From: Podarcis bocagei
Taxonomy: Eukaryota
DNA: 64,000 bases
NCBI GenBank assembly: GCA_964188305.1
Contig: OZ076885.1
Reading direction: 5' to 3' (one strand)
Below are positions 49,791-62,289 of the stretch, piece after piece (within the stretch, counting starts at the first letter, position 1; each line of letters opens with the position of its first letter). The notes beneath the pieces were generated by a model. It was not told the origin of the DNA and ran no database searches. It was given only the letters and a program-made list of their open reading frames with translations. The position numbers and the translations under genes were made by a program.

Positions 49791-49820
<30 letters not shown>
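49791..49820. repeat. (TG)n microsatellite
   Basis: Direct reading. Confidence 0.95.
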
Positions 49821-49821
<1 letters not shown>

Positions 49822-50297
49822 CAACTAAGTGTTTTCTCCCAACAACAAAAAATCCATCTTCAGAAATAGTTTTTTGTTCCAGTAGGAAAGTTTTCACAAA
49901 GGCCAATGGCAACTTCTGGCACAGAGAATTTGCAGCAGAACTGCAATACAGGGGAGGCTTAGACTTACTTACAAAACGGGGGAAAAAAGGTCTATAATAA
50001 ATGCCTAGAGATGCATTTAACATGAACAATGGTTTGGCCCATATCCTGCAGAACAAATAATTAAATAAATAAATTGGAATATCCTGCACATTTCAGAACA
50101 AAGGGATGCTGAGTTAGGTGCATCATATCAAACACAGTGGATAGTCTCCAACTAAGTTTTGCTATGAGTAGACCCACTGAAATGAATGAACATGGCTAAG
50201 TAAGGGTCATCAATTTTAGCAAGTTGAATACCACCCAGTCACACCTTAAAATAATCGTAGATATCATGTTGTACCTGCTATATACAGTATCTACACA

Positions 50298-50492
50298 GGA
50301 AAGGCTGTAGCTCAGTGGTGGCTCATATGCTGTGTACACAAAAGGCTCCAGATTCGATCCTTGGCACTTCTAGCTATAACTGGCAAAGACACAAGTCTAA
50401 AGACCTGGTGAGTTTCTGACAGCCAATGTGGACAGCGCTGAGATAGATGGAGCCGTACCTAGTCTGGCTTGATATAAGGCAGCTCCTTGTGA
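50298..50492 (+). mobile_element. Squam2-like SINE
   Basis: GGCTGTAGCTCAGTGG A-box, GATTCGATCC B-box-like, ATAAGGCAGCTCC tail. Confidence 0.8.
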
Positions 50493-51267
50493 CATTGTGA
50501 GTCCAATTCTTATTCTTGCCCTGTGGAGGTTGTGGGGGATGGAGAGACAGAAACACCATGGTTTCTACACCACATGAATATAATAAAGGCTGCATGCCAC
50601 TTTGTAAACAATTCTCTGGCCATTTTGGGAGGTGTGCTAATGCATGAATCTCTGATCTGCCTGAAGGGTCATAACAGTGTGAATTGCCTCTGTCACCAAT
50701 TCCCTGGAAAAGAAGATTCACATAACCATTTTTCTCCCCACTGTGTGGTGATGATTTTCAGGAGACGGATCCACTGCAATTTGGGTGTGTACAGGAAACC
50801 TCGCAGGTTCGGGTAGGCGAATTACCCTAATTCTTCTTAGACTTAACATATAAAGGCAGTATAATTGTATTAGACTCCATTTGTATAATTGCATTAGAAC
50901 TAAAATTACAGTAAATTCTCAAGAGCTACTGCCAAAGGGCTCATAAATTCAAGGATTTATTTGGCTGCACACATTTCTTAATATGAATACATTTTAATCT
51001 AAATGCCATTGTGGTTTTTTTTTGGGGGGGGGTATTTCTCTCTTCTAGTAAACAAAGATTTCTTTCTCAGTGTAGGGAGAAAGAATACATCAGAAGACAA
51101 CCCAATTTTAAGTCTCAATAATTATCCATGCGAAAGATTTATGCAGTAGTAAATTCTGAAATGCGGGAGCTAATCATGACAATCTTCCATAATCACACCA
51201 CCAAAGAAGTCCAAAAATGCTGGAAAATGTGTTGATCCATAGCTTAACACCCAGTTTATTAGGATTG

Positions 51268-51565
51268 TTGTTTAGTCGTTTAGTCATGTCTGACTCTTCG
51301 TGACCCCATGGACCAGAGCACACCAGGCTCTCCTGTTTTCCACTGCCTCCTGCAGTTTGGTCAAACTCATGCTGGTAGCTTCGAGAACACTGCCCAACCA
51401 CCTCGTCCTCTGTCATCCCCTTCTCCTTGTGCCCTCAATCTTTCCCAACATCAGGGTCTTTTCCAGGGAGTCTTCTCTTCTCATGAGGTGGCCAAAGTAT
51501 TGGAGCCTCAGCTTCAGGATCTGGCCTTCCAGTGAGCACTCAGGGCTGATTTCCTTAAGAATGGA
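51268..51565 (-). mobile_element. 5'-truncated Bov-B
   Basis: Homologous to the 28775 copy; 12-bp TSD TTATTAGGATTG (51256-51267, 51566-51577). Confidence 0.95.
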
Positions 51566-52094
51566 TTATTAGGATTGGCAGGCCATTAAGAGAACAGTGG
51601 TGTAGTGATTAGCATGTTGGACATTGGCTGGATTCATTTTGGCAGGGTTCAACTGGATTGCCATGAGATTCATGGGGTGATCATGGGCCAGTCCCTGCCT
51701 GAGCCTAGCCTGGTTATCAAAGGGATTGTATGCCAGGCCAGACCTGTTCTCCAATGCCCCAAGCTTAAAATACAGGCAAATGCCACTCCTGCAGATTATG
51801 TCATTGGTGCTATTATGAAAAGGTATTGGAGCAGCATTCTTCCACGTTCTTGCTCCACTTCACTTAACTCATTCTGCTAAAATCAACATATTCTAGAAAA
51901 GCACAACTCTAGATGCCTCATCTCCAAATTTTGTAGGATTAGGATGAAGTATGCACCGATCTCCAGCTATGAGAAAATTGCCTGCATTTGATTCAGCCAT
52001 AATTGGGAAGATTACAAGTGATCAGGTTTGGATTCCCAAACTGTGATCTACAAGCTTCATTCAGGTGATCCATGTTGTGTCTGTGGATTTGTGA

Positions 52095-53190
52095 TTGAAG
52101 ACAGGTGACGGCACATCCATCTCATTAAATATGCAAATTGATTTGTAATTGCATTTTTATTGTTTCTATTTCTTATATTGTATTTTATTGTATTACAATT
52201 TGAACTGTATGGAATTAAAATTGCAATGGGATAAAATGGAATATATAAGAAATAAAATAAGCAAAAAACAACAGCAATTAAAATCATACAGCATCTAGCA
52301 CAGCACACACTGCAGTGGTGCTGTGATAGCAGGCAAAAAAATCATTAAATGGTCCGCTAAGACCCACAGCAATATTCAAGTGGTCCAGGTATGGGAACCA
52401 CTGCCTTATTGCAACCCACAGTGGTGAAAAGTCTCTAGGAAAAGTATGTAGAAAGATGGAAGATATTTTAAACAAACAATCAAACCCACAACACTTATTC
52501 CCACTCCCATTTGTGTTAATGTTTCATTTTCCAGATTTAGATTCTTTGTTGGTGATTTCAAAAAGTCGCATATCCAATAACATTTTATTTAAGCTCTTTA
52601 AAACCTGCCAAGATAAAAGCTAATCTTTCCTGTAATCAGTATGCAGAGATGAAGAGAAGCAGCAGCAAAGCAGTTGCTGCATGTTTGCTGACAAAATATT
52701 TAATCCAAACATTTAATTTCAATCTGCCACTGTTCTCAGTTGGTATAATTACTTTAAGCAAATATCATGTAAGAAGAAATGGAAAATAGTCTCAGCCAGT
52801 GAAATGTAAATAATAAAAAATAATCATCATCATTGCAGGCTTAAAGCCTTCTTTAGGGTCTGTTCTGTAGACTATTTTAAATGCTTTAAGTGGCTTCACA
52901 TTAATTCTAACATCACAGTCTGTGATTCTGCCATGCCCACGAATACTATAAAGCCCTGCAAATAACATGCAGCCAAAAATACTGTCTTTTTTCTGATTGG
53001 AATTTACAGATCCAGCCATAAACGTAACAATGGATACACAAATGTCACACAAATCTGGACAGTCAAATGACATCATGAGATTTAAAATGCTCTGTAAATT
53101 TCCACACCATTATTATTCACTTGGATCGGAGACATTGATTGATGTTTGATTTGATTTGTCCAGATTTACAGTATGTTATTGCTACTTGAT
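52095..53190. promoter_or_regulatory. Candidate CNE cluster
   Basis: About 1 kb without recognisable TE; octamer ATGCAAAT 52131, ATTGTT/AACAAT SOX cores, CAGGTG, GATAA, TGATTGAT. Confidence 0.4.
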
Positions 53191-53481
53191 TCCAAACGTG
53201 GCATGGGTGTGTTTGTATGTATGGGGGTATGATCTGTAGCAAGGCTGGAATGAATTGACACCTACATTTTACAGCCCCTTTAACATACAGTGAAATTTTG
53301 CACCATTTCTCTCATTTTCAGGGTAATGTGTGCTGTAATGCATGCTGAAACTTGCCAGCTTATATTTAGAAGCAGGGCAATAGGTCTTTCATTAACTGGG
53401 ACCAGTCAAATGAAATATATCTCACTAATTGAAATGATTGTGCTGGTTCTCAGCCCAATTCAGAAGCCTATTCAGAGTGCT

Positions 53482-53823
53482 AGAGGAGACTCTTGAGAGT
53501 CCTATGGACCGCAAGAAGTTCAAACCGATCCATTCTTAAGGAAATCAGCCCTGAGTGCTCACTGGAAGGACAGATCCTGAAGCTGAGACTCTAATACTTT
53601 GGCCACCTCATGAGAAGAGAAGACTCCCTGGAAAAGACCCTGATGTTGGGAAAGATGGAGGGCAGAAGGAGGAGGAGACGACAGAGGATGAGATGGTTGG
53701 ACAGTGTTCTCGAAGCTACAAACATGAGTCTGACCAAACTGCAGGAGGCAGTAGAAGACAGGAGTGCCTGGCGTGCTCTGGTCTATGGGGTCACAAAGAG
53801 TCGGACATGACTAAACAACAATA
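53482..53823 (+). mobile_element. 5'-truncated Bov-B inserted in an old L2
   Basis: MRREDSLEKTLMLGKMEGRRRRRRQRMRWLD..DRSAWRALVYGVTKSRT; TSD ATTCAGAGTGCT / ATTCAAAGTGCT (53470-53481, 53824-53835). Confidence 0.95.
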
Positions 53824-53835
53824 ATTCAAAGTGCT

Positions 53836-54425
53836 CGTTCATACCTTGATAAGACCTGAATGGCATAGGGCCAGATACCTGAAGGACCACCTTTTACTGC
53901 GTGACTTACTCCAAATGCAGAGGTCATCTTCAGAAACCTATTCCTTTTCCACTTTTTTTTTTAATGTTTAGTATAAACTTTTATAAAATGCAATTACCCC
54001 CTGCCTTCCAGGGCAAAAACATTAGAAGAACATAAAAAGAGCCCATGCAAAGGAAAGGCCCGTCGAGTCATGCATTCTGTTCCCATAGTGGCCAATCCAA
54101 TGCCTATGGGAAGACCACAAGCAAAGTATGAGAGCCATAACACTCAGGATCCCCATCTACTGGTGTATAGAGGCAGACCACCTCTGATACTGAAGGCAGC
54201 CATCGTTACTAGTATAGAAATTGATCTCCTCCTCCATGACTTTGTCTAATCCCTTTTGAAAGCTATCCAAGTTGGTAACTATTACTATTACTTGTGATGG
54301 GTGAAGCAAGTGGTGACCAGGAATAGGGTATTCTCTGTTTTGGTACCCTAGTTATGGCATCCTCTCCAGGAATACACATCTGGAGCAAGGGATGTAGGAA
54401 GGCACCTGTTTACACAGCAGTTTGA
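53836..54425 (+). mobile_element. Old L2 ORF2 3' fragment, interrupted by a CR1 (54025-54296, minus)
   Basis: CTGAATGGCATAGGGCCAGATACCTGAAGGACCACC (LNG.GP.YLKD.L) and TTCTCTGTTTTGGTACCCTAGTTATGG; nested CR1 homologous to 38921. Confidence 0.6.
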
Positions 54426-54639
54426 TTTCCACTAAATACTAAATAATTTCTCTCTCTATTTACGTAATTATCTATGAAATTTATGTAAGAGGTGGAATCT
54501 ACAAACATATTTTTTATATTAAAAAAAACGTTCTGCAAATGCTTTTTTAAAGCTTTTTTAAAAAAAATAATACATTGAATTTTCCATAAGGCTCACCATC
54601 ACCATCTAATGTCACATTGTATATTGCACTTAAAACACA

Positions 54640-54900
54640 CTTTTTGCAGCCCTTCAAATTTAACGTAATGACATGGCACCATTCATTTCAATGGAAGGAC
54701 CATTCATTTCAGTGCAAAGGAAATGTAATTTAAAGGCAAAGGGGAGTCATCAATTTCTGTATCTTTGCAGACTGTGGGGAGAAAAACCGCATAGCTAATT
54801 CTGATCGGTATTTGCTTGATTGATTTTTGTTCCGGCTATCAGACGAATAAACGAACATCGGCGATTTCTGCTTTTGCTTCTATTTTTGTTAGAATCCTCT
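54640..54900. promoter_or_regulatory. Candidate CNE/enhancer
   Basis: ACCATTCATTTCA repeated twice, TGATTGAT (PBX-type), several retained CpGs in AT-rich unique DNA. Confidence 0.4.
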
Positions 54901-55114
54901 GACATCCCTACTTGGTGCAGAGTCTGATGCCCTTTGCTAGATGAGGACCTTTTTATTTGCCTTGGGTTTTTAGATGGACATTTGTTCACTTCCCCCACCC
55001 CAGTCCCAAAAGATTCCCACTGCAGACCTATATGATACAGCCCAAAATGTTCGATAGGTCTCTTCCACCCTCTAGAGAGCCTTTTTAGGAATGTGGGTCA
55101 GTGTAGGGTTTCTC

Positions 55115-55161
<47 letters not shown>
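55115..55161. repeat. (TA)n microsatellite
   Basis: Direct reading. Confidence 0.95.
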
Positions 55162-55164
<3 letters not shown>

Positions 55165-56871
55165 GAGGCCATGTTTGTTCTTGCTGTTTTTGGACATCTT
55201 TTACTGACTTTATTATTAATGTGTTTTTAACTTATGTTAGTCACTCTAAAAGTCTTTGTACTAAAGACTGGGGCGTGAAATATGTGCAGAACAAACAAAG
55301 AAATGAACTTATCTACCCTGGTAACCAGATCAACCTTCAATTAGGTTTGGGCAAGTCATAAACGACATCGTGCACGGGAGCTGGATAACAGCATCTCGAC
55401 CAGGTAACAAAACCTATTAACATTTAAATTGAGAATCCCAGGAGGGGCAAGCAGACTAGGCAGAATACATAACTCCTTATGTGTGACAAGCCGTTCGCTA
55501 CGTATGGCAGACAGGATTAAACAAAGGAAATGCAGCATATACACATACTGAATAGGGCTCATTGTCCAAAAGGAAATACAAACCTTGGTAAGCGTGCCTG
55601 GTACCCTTAGAACCTTGCACGCACGAACACAGAGCCAGTCATCCCATGCAGGGCAAACCATAGCAAGCATAACTGGTATGCTTTTTTGCTCATCCTGGTT
55701 GTACCTCCTGAGCGCCCCCCCCCCCAATATTCCCCTCAGTTTGGTGACAGAACTGTGCATGCCACATGGTCACTCCTGGGACCCCCCCCCCCTTAGACTA
55801 TTCCATTGCCAATGTTGCAGTAAGTTTTAGGTGCCAGTCCAATCGGGTTCTGTACATGAAACTGGAGCAGCGTCGGCAAGGGTCTTAGGTGCTATCTCTG
55901 CCTTTGCCTCAGGGAGATATACCCCAGGGCTGGCCCTGGTCACAGGATGAGATTGCTCTGCTCCTTAATTAATCACAATTGTTTTTTAATCTCTGCATAC
56001 TCAAGTCAGTTTAAGTCACAACAGTGCCATGCCAAACATCCATTTGTGTCCATGTGCAAGATAGCAATCTGGGCAAGATACTAAGTCATTTCTCAAGCAG
56101 AGCCCAGCCCAGAATATTAGAAACTCTCCGCTGCCTGTTGGGTGAACCTGATAAACTAAGCCTGTTATCATCATCATCATCGGTGTTGGTGTTTGTTATA
56201 ATTTCTTACCCACCCTTCACCATAAGGTCCCAGGACCTGTTACAACAGTATAAAACACACACACACACAAATAAATTAAACAAATAAATAAATCGTGAAA
56301 TCAGCTTTTTAAAAAAACCTGTACAATGCATCAATCTTTCACTTAAGTTGGTAGCTTGTAGACGGATACCAAGCCTCACACTTTTTCTTCTACTCCTCTT
56401 CTGTAGTAGCTCCAGTCACAAATGATATATGACATATCTCTTTTTTTTTTAGGGGGAGGGGAAATGATATCGCCATCCTTTGGTCATTAAGAAGCAAAAG
56501 AATCTCACTAATTTATTGTTTAGCAAAAGCATTCAAAGATTAGAAATAAATCCTGTCACTCTACCCACACAGATCATCCAGCCTAACTTGCCGTAATTAG
56601 GAAATGCAAAACATATTGAAAGGGGGGGCAGGAAGGGGAAAGAAATAGGAGGGAGTCTGAACTTAGCAGGTTCCAAAGAACCTCAGTGGGTGATGTTGCT
56701 TCTTGAGTAATTACTACAATAACTCTTTGAAGTGAAGGGTGCAATTTTGTTTACTCCTTAACCAGTCTTGCTTGTATTACAGGTCAAGCATGTATGTCAA
56801 AAACTGTTGGCTTTAACCGCAGCTATTTCTGTTAACTTATCTGATTTGTTTACATGGCTAAACAGTTTGGG

Positions 56872-56875
<4 letters not shown>

Positions 56876-56918
<43 letters not shown>
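56876..56918. repeat. (CT)n microsatellite
   Basis: Direct reading. Confidence 0.97.
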
Positions 56919-56921
<3 letters not shown>

Positions 56922-57603
56922 CTGCAAGAAAAGAATTCCACTGCAGTGGTTAGGAGAAGCAGCACAGGCTGACAATGGTAACCTAGTTATTTATTTATTG
57001 CTCCCAGCAGGTGTCAGATGCTGTGGTTTCTTTACAACCATCAACACCCTGGGGCTTTTTAGTTCCACATACAAGATAAGGAAGATGGGGGATGGCAACT
57101 AACCTCCAGGGATTAGGTACCTGAATCCTATCCCAACTGCTAGCAGACTCCAGCTGTGTCTAAATGTGTTTTTGTGGTTTTTTTTGAGGGGGGGGAAGGA
57201 GAATTTCTGATGTTCAGTGGTTGCTGATTACTTCCAGATTTTAGTTCTACCCCAGTGGAGATTGGCTACAAAGAGTTTTAGCTGTTGTTAAAAACTGCAA
57301 TTGCGCCAAGGAAATGTCTTCTTTACAACCAGTTTCAAAAACACGAACTGTTAAAGCAGTGTTTTAAGGAAAGGTGTGGGGCGACAAGGAGAGAAAGAGT
57401 GAGAGATCTGCAGATGTCTCAGGAAACCCGTTCAAAACAGTGTAGCAAGGCAGAGTTAAATGTGAACAAGCCATACTTATTGTGCGTTCGTTCTTTTACC
57501 ATGGTGGGTTCCAATCAAAATTCCAGCTGCAAATTAATCGACAGTTACCAAGGCTGATTTTAAGTATCTTTGGATGCTTTCATAAAAGCAACTCTATGCA
57601 ACT

Positions 57604-57696
57604 CCCGTAAACATTTTTTCCTGTAAACATTCCTCCAAATTTCCCCCTGTAAACATTCCTCCAAATTTCCCCCCTGTAAACATTCCTCCAAATTTC
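57604..57696. repeat. Minisatellite, 26-27 bp unit CTGTAAACATTCCTCCAAATTTCCCC x3 plus a partial unit
   Basis: Units start at 57621, 57647, 57674; partial GTAAACAT at 57607. Confidence 0.93.
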
Positions 57697-57968
57697 ACAG
57701 CTACCTCAGCTCCTTTAGATGCGGAAAAAGTTTGTTATAATAAAATCAGATGCTAGAGCAAAAAGTCCCCCTCTGCTTCTCTGTTAATACGTAGAGCTCT
57801 GTCTTTAATGCATATAGATTTAAGCCATTCATAAATAATATGGTTAGTTCACTGTAGATGAAGGCATTATTTGACCTGTGGAAAAGGAGGAGGCAAGTTA
57901 CAGATGAAAGCTAGAGACTTACACTTAAAAAACAAAACAAAAACAACTCACTCTGGGCTTGGTGTAAG

Positions 57969-58137
57969 CAGTGGCGTAGCGTGGGGGGTGCAGGGGGGGC
58001 CGGCCGCACCGGGCGCAACATCTGGGGGTTAGGGTTAGGGGGCGCAAATCCACAGGTTAGGGGGCGCAAATCCACGGGTTAGGGGGTGCAAATTACTTGC
58101 CTTGCCCCGGGTGCTGACAACCCACGCTACGCCACTG
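57969..58137. mobile_element. Minimal hAT MITE (169 bp), same family as 38241, with GGTTAGGG units
   Basis: Perfect TIR CAGTGGCGTAGCGTGGG / CCCACGCTACGCCACTG; TSD GGTGTAAG (57961-57968, 58138-58145). Confidence 0.96.
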
Positions 58138-58909
58138 GGTGTAAGGTAAGTATATATACAATACAGTATATAATATAACCTAACGTTATATATATTATGC
58201 AACATATAAAGAGTTAAAGGTAATCCACTGTCAAAGTTAAAAGCTCAGCTTTAGGTTTAGTTTCAAAATAAGTTAAAATCTACTTCGATTTTTAGAACTT
58301 CAGCAGGAAATCAAGTCCTTGCATTCTCTGAAGGACTTCAACTGCTCCTGTTCTCCCCTTAATCCCCACTTGATCACCACCCATTGCCTGCTCCCGTGAC
58401 AAAAACAAAACACCTATTCCCCCAAACAGTAGGACTGTGCACAGCTACCTGATCCACCTTCTCTGACTTGGGGAGCGCCCACTCTGGATCCATCCCCCAA
58501 GCAATGGTGGGGAGGGGGTGCTAAGCGTTTGGTGTGGGGTTTTTTAAAGAAACCACTTTTTAAACATAAAGTTAAAATAGGGTTTAAAAATACAGCCAGG
58601 AGTTCTCAAAGATGAAATTGCGGATGTAACAAAAATATGTAACTTGTCCTTCAGATCAGCCTCCATACTTGAAAACTAGCAAGTGATCAGCACCCTTCAC
58701 CATCTACCCCCCGTGGATGAGAGAAGGTAACACGCTTCTGTGTGCTCCATGTTTACATTTTATCTGCTCCTTGCAGGCGCTGCATCAACTTTTGCACCGG
58801 GATTCCACTGTAGTGTGTACCCATAACAGGGGAAGGGTATACCACAACAGAAGCCATGTGTGACCAAGGGGCAAGCAGACCTTTTAACATATATGGTACA
58901 CATTTCCCC

Positions 58910-59285
58910 CACTGGCTTTAATTAATTCAATGTGTTTAGATAAGTTAGACATCCACTATCAGTCATCATACAATCACAAATTATTACATGCGCTTTGATA
59001 ACCGCGAGGAAGCTATTATGTTTTTTTTCTGTATCAGGTTGTTGATCGACAGCTATCCAGATGCTTTTAGCTGATAACAATCAGCCAAGAGCTGCCGCTG
59101 ATTATAACGAACTGTGAAAAATGTGGCTAATCTGTGTTGGTTTGGGGATGTCTGGAAATACAGTCTTTTGATCCTTTTTGTGCTTTCCTGGCTGCGGGCA
59201 AAGTTGGCCGACATCACCGAATATAGTGTAGTGACCAGCCTGCGCTAGCTAGTATTCGTGTTTATAATCTGAAATGTGGCATCAG
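58910..59285. promoter_or_regulatory. Candidate CNE/enhancer
   Basis: TTAATTAATT, multiple GATAA/TATC, CTTTGAT (TCF/LEF), retained CpGs, no TE signature. Confidence 0.4.
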
Positions 59286-59302
59286 TGCCTTGAGGGCATA
59301 GC

Positions 59303-59441
59303 GCAGGGGTGGGGAACTTGTGGCCTTCCAGATATTATTGAATTCCCACTCTCATCAGCCCCTGGCAGTATGGCCACTGGTCAGGGATAATGGAAGCTGC
59401 AGTCCAGCAGCATCTCAAGGGGCGCAGGACTCCTACATTTT
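59303..59441. mobile_element. hAT-Charlie-like MITE
   Basis: CAGGGGTGGGGAACTTGTGGCCTTCCAGAT...GCTGCAGTCCAGCAGCATCT, quasi-palindromic. Confidence 0.65.
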
Positions 59442-60062
59442 GCATAGGGGAAGCAAAAACAGCAGCACAGTAGCAGTAGCAGCTGCCTACAACACAAGCA
59501 CAGAAATTCAATGGGGCAAAGTGAAACCTCTGACATCAGTAAACTCAGTGCCTTCCATTTCTGGCACCTTTGTCTGTCTCTGCAATCATCACCAGCTCCT
59601 CGCTCACACACTCCCATAATTCACAAATTTGGCATTCTGTTCTCCACCAGGATACTGGACTGTTGTGTCTTGGATATAGGCCGCTAAGCTTGTATGGTTT
59701 GGGACCAAATCAGATGCTGCACCCACCTATTTGATCCCACTGGAAACACTATTTCCTGGAGGGAAAGCTAGGACTAGACAAACGTGGAAGGAACATTGCT
59801 TACCCCTTTGCATGCATGCCACAGCCCCTCTCTACATTACCTCCACAGGCCCTTGGCACATGGCATGGTGGGGCTGTGCTATATACCTGTCCTCCATCTG
59901 GCTGAGCCACTGCTGCATTCAGGGATGGAGACAGGGACAGGCAAGGAGGTGGCAAGGTCAGTGTGGTGCAAATGTGCCAGCAGGGGCACCAGATAGCTTC
60001 ACTACTGTGTTCACACCACGCCAGCCTGCTGCTGCCTCTCCCCTTGCCCCTACATCCTAGTA

Positions 60063-60406
60063 CAGTGGTGCCTCGCAAGATGAAAAGAATCCGTTCTGTG
60101 ATTCTCTTCGTCAAGCGGTTTTTTCGTCTTGCGAAGCAAGCCCATTGACGGATTAGCGGATTAGTGCTATTAGCGGCTTTTAGCGGCTTTTAGCAGCTTA
60201 TCTGCTGATCGGATCAGCTGATAAGCGGCTTAGCAGCTTAGAAAAAGGGGGGGAGGGAAAAAAACCAGCAGGAACTCGCAAGACATTGTCGTCTTGCGAA
60301 GCAAGCCCATAGAAGATTCGTTTTGCGAAGCACCTCCAAAACAGAAAACTCTTTCGTCTAGCGAGTTTTCCATCTTGCGAGGCATTCGTCTTGCGGGGCA
60401 CCACTG
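60063..60406. mobile_element. Tc1/mariner (Tigger/pogo-like) MITE
   Basis: TIR CAGTGGTGCCTCGCAAGATGAA / TTCGTCTTGCGGGGCACCACTG; TA TSD both sides; internal TTAGCGG and CGTCTTGCGA repeats. Confidence 0.93.
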
Positions 60407-60565
60407 TATGCAGCAGCAACTCTGCCAGAGGCAGGTCAGCTGAATGGCACAGCTTCCACCAGGCTGTCCACTACTGCCCTGTGCAATGCTTCTGGCCCTT
60501 GCTGTGTTCCAGGTGTGGGAAAACACACATTTAGAACTCTGCAGGGGGAAGAAGACAGAAAGAAT

Positions 60566-60711
60566 CATGGGCATAGCTGGGATTTTTGTGGGGGGGGGCA
60601 GGACTTGGGGGGGGCAGAACCGCCCTGATTGGTCAGTTAGTTAAGTATTTCTATTGTTTTATTTGATCTAGGGGGGCAGCTGCTCTCCTTCCCCCTTTGG
60701 CTACTCCCATG
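60566..60711. mobile_element. hAT-type MITE
   Basis: TIR CATGGGCATAGC / GCTACTCCCATG; TSD degraded. Confidence 0.6.
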
Positions 60712-61582
60712 TAAAAAACCCTTCACTTTCTGCATGTAACAGCATCTGCATGTAATATCAAGTCTCGTCCTCTAGTCATAAGTTTCCATGTGGCACTCAG
60801 ATTGTTTTGTATGCTCTTTCTCTAACAGAGAGGAGTGAGATGGGTTGTACTTTGCTATCTTCAAACAGACAACATTAAGTGGTCCGGAGGATTTAATTTT
60901 AACCAAACCAACAGCAATCTTCATAAACAATCTCACAAGTGGAAAAGAGAGGGGGAGAGAAAGAGAAAAGCATTGTGTTTGCTAGCTAAATCCATCCATG
61001 GAACATAACAAGAGGTTATGCCACCGCCTCAAATGATCAAAGGAGCTATTTTATTTGATTACAGTGGAAAGTTGCCACAAGAGCCAAAGTCAGAGAACAT
61101 TATCATCTCAGCATAATTATTCATTAATGATTTACTTTAAATTCATTCTCTCTCTGAAAAAGGAATTGATTAGAAATTGGATTTAAAAAAAGAAGTGGAA
61201 TGATTAGATGTCTCTAGCTGTGAAGAGGCAAGCAAGGGCCATCTCCGACACCAGGACATACCACAGCCTGCCTTGACTGCGGGAGCAGTGAGGGGAGGAT
61301 TATTTCCTTCCACTGCAACATATCACAAGTGGCTGTAGCTACTTTTACAAACGCAACCTTGTCATTGCGATTTGTCGCACTTTTGGTGAGCATTTTAGCA
61401 CACTGAAGTTTCATCTCCTCTGCCTTGTAGCCAATAGCCATAAAATGCATGGTGCAGTAATGAAAAAGGCAAGATCACAACACGGGATATAATAACACCA
61501 CTATGGCTATACAATATAAAGTCAGATTGCAAAGTGAATGCAGCTGCTGGCATTGCATTCAAAGTCTGTGCATCTATGGGAG

Positions 61583-61897
61583 GGGGGAGTTCATAGCTCA
61601 GTGGCAAAGCATGCATAGGATCACAGATTCATTTCTGCCATCTCCAGTAGCAGAACAAGGACATAACCTCAGAGAGCTGCTTCTACTCAGAGTAGGCCAA
61701 CCTTCGCCCAATATGGTACCCTCAAAAAAAAATTGGACTCCACCCCTCATCAGCCTTGGCTACTATGGCCAATTGTCAGGATTAATAAGGGTTGTAGTCC
61801 AAAACCTATGAAGGATACCAGGTTGGAGAAAGCCTGAGTAGACAATGCTGAGCTAGACAGACCAAAGCTCTGACTCTATGAAAGACAACTTCTTACA
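61583..61897 (+). mobile_element. Squam2-like SINE with a nested hAT-Charlie MITE (~61698-61836)
   Basis: ATAGCTCAGTGG head; SINE split at GAGTAGGC / GAGTAGAC (~8-bp TSD) by CAACCTTCGCCCAA...GGTTGGAGAAAGCCTG. Confidence 0.75.
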
Positions 61898-62289
61898 ACT
61901 GTATCCAAATATCAGCATTATACTATGGGTGCTCCTGCTGCTGCAAATTTCCTGCAAACTCCATGCACAGTTCTAAATAAGACCTGAACAGCACAATCCA
62001 ATGTACTTCCTCAGAAGTAAGTCCCACTAAGCTCAATGAAACTTACTCAAAGATATGTGTGTGTACAGAATTTCAGCTTAAGGCTACTATCTGATTTACC
62101 GGTGCTTTTAAAAGCAACACACCTGATGCAGCTGTGTCGTTTGAGAAAACCAGCAAGATGTGTGAACTCTTGGTAGCCATTGATGTCCTGATTATTAATG
62201 ATGTGAGACAGCTCCTGTTCTTCACTCGTCCTGAAAACATGTTGTCAGTCAGAACCCATGAAACCTTTTCCACAGCAATGAAAAAGAAG

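Noticed and set aside
49338-50089. 219-aa and 230-aa antiparallel ORFs
   Set aside because: They run through a (TG)n microsatellite with low-information composition; no homology recognised.
50298-50372. tRNA-like sequences (also 931, 20653, 27571, 61583)
   Set aside because: SINE heads continuing into SINE bodies; no intact cloverleaf.
57604-57696. CRISPR-like repeat array
   Set aside because: Eukaryotic DNA; tandem units without unique spacers; no cas genes.
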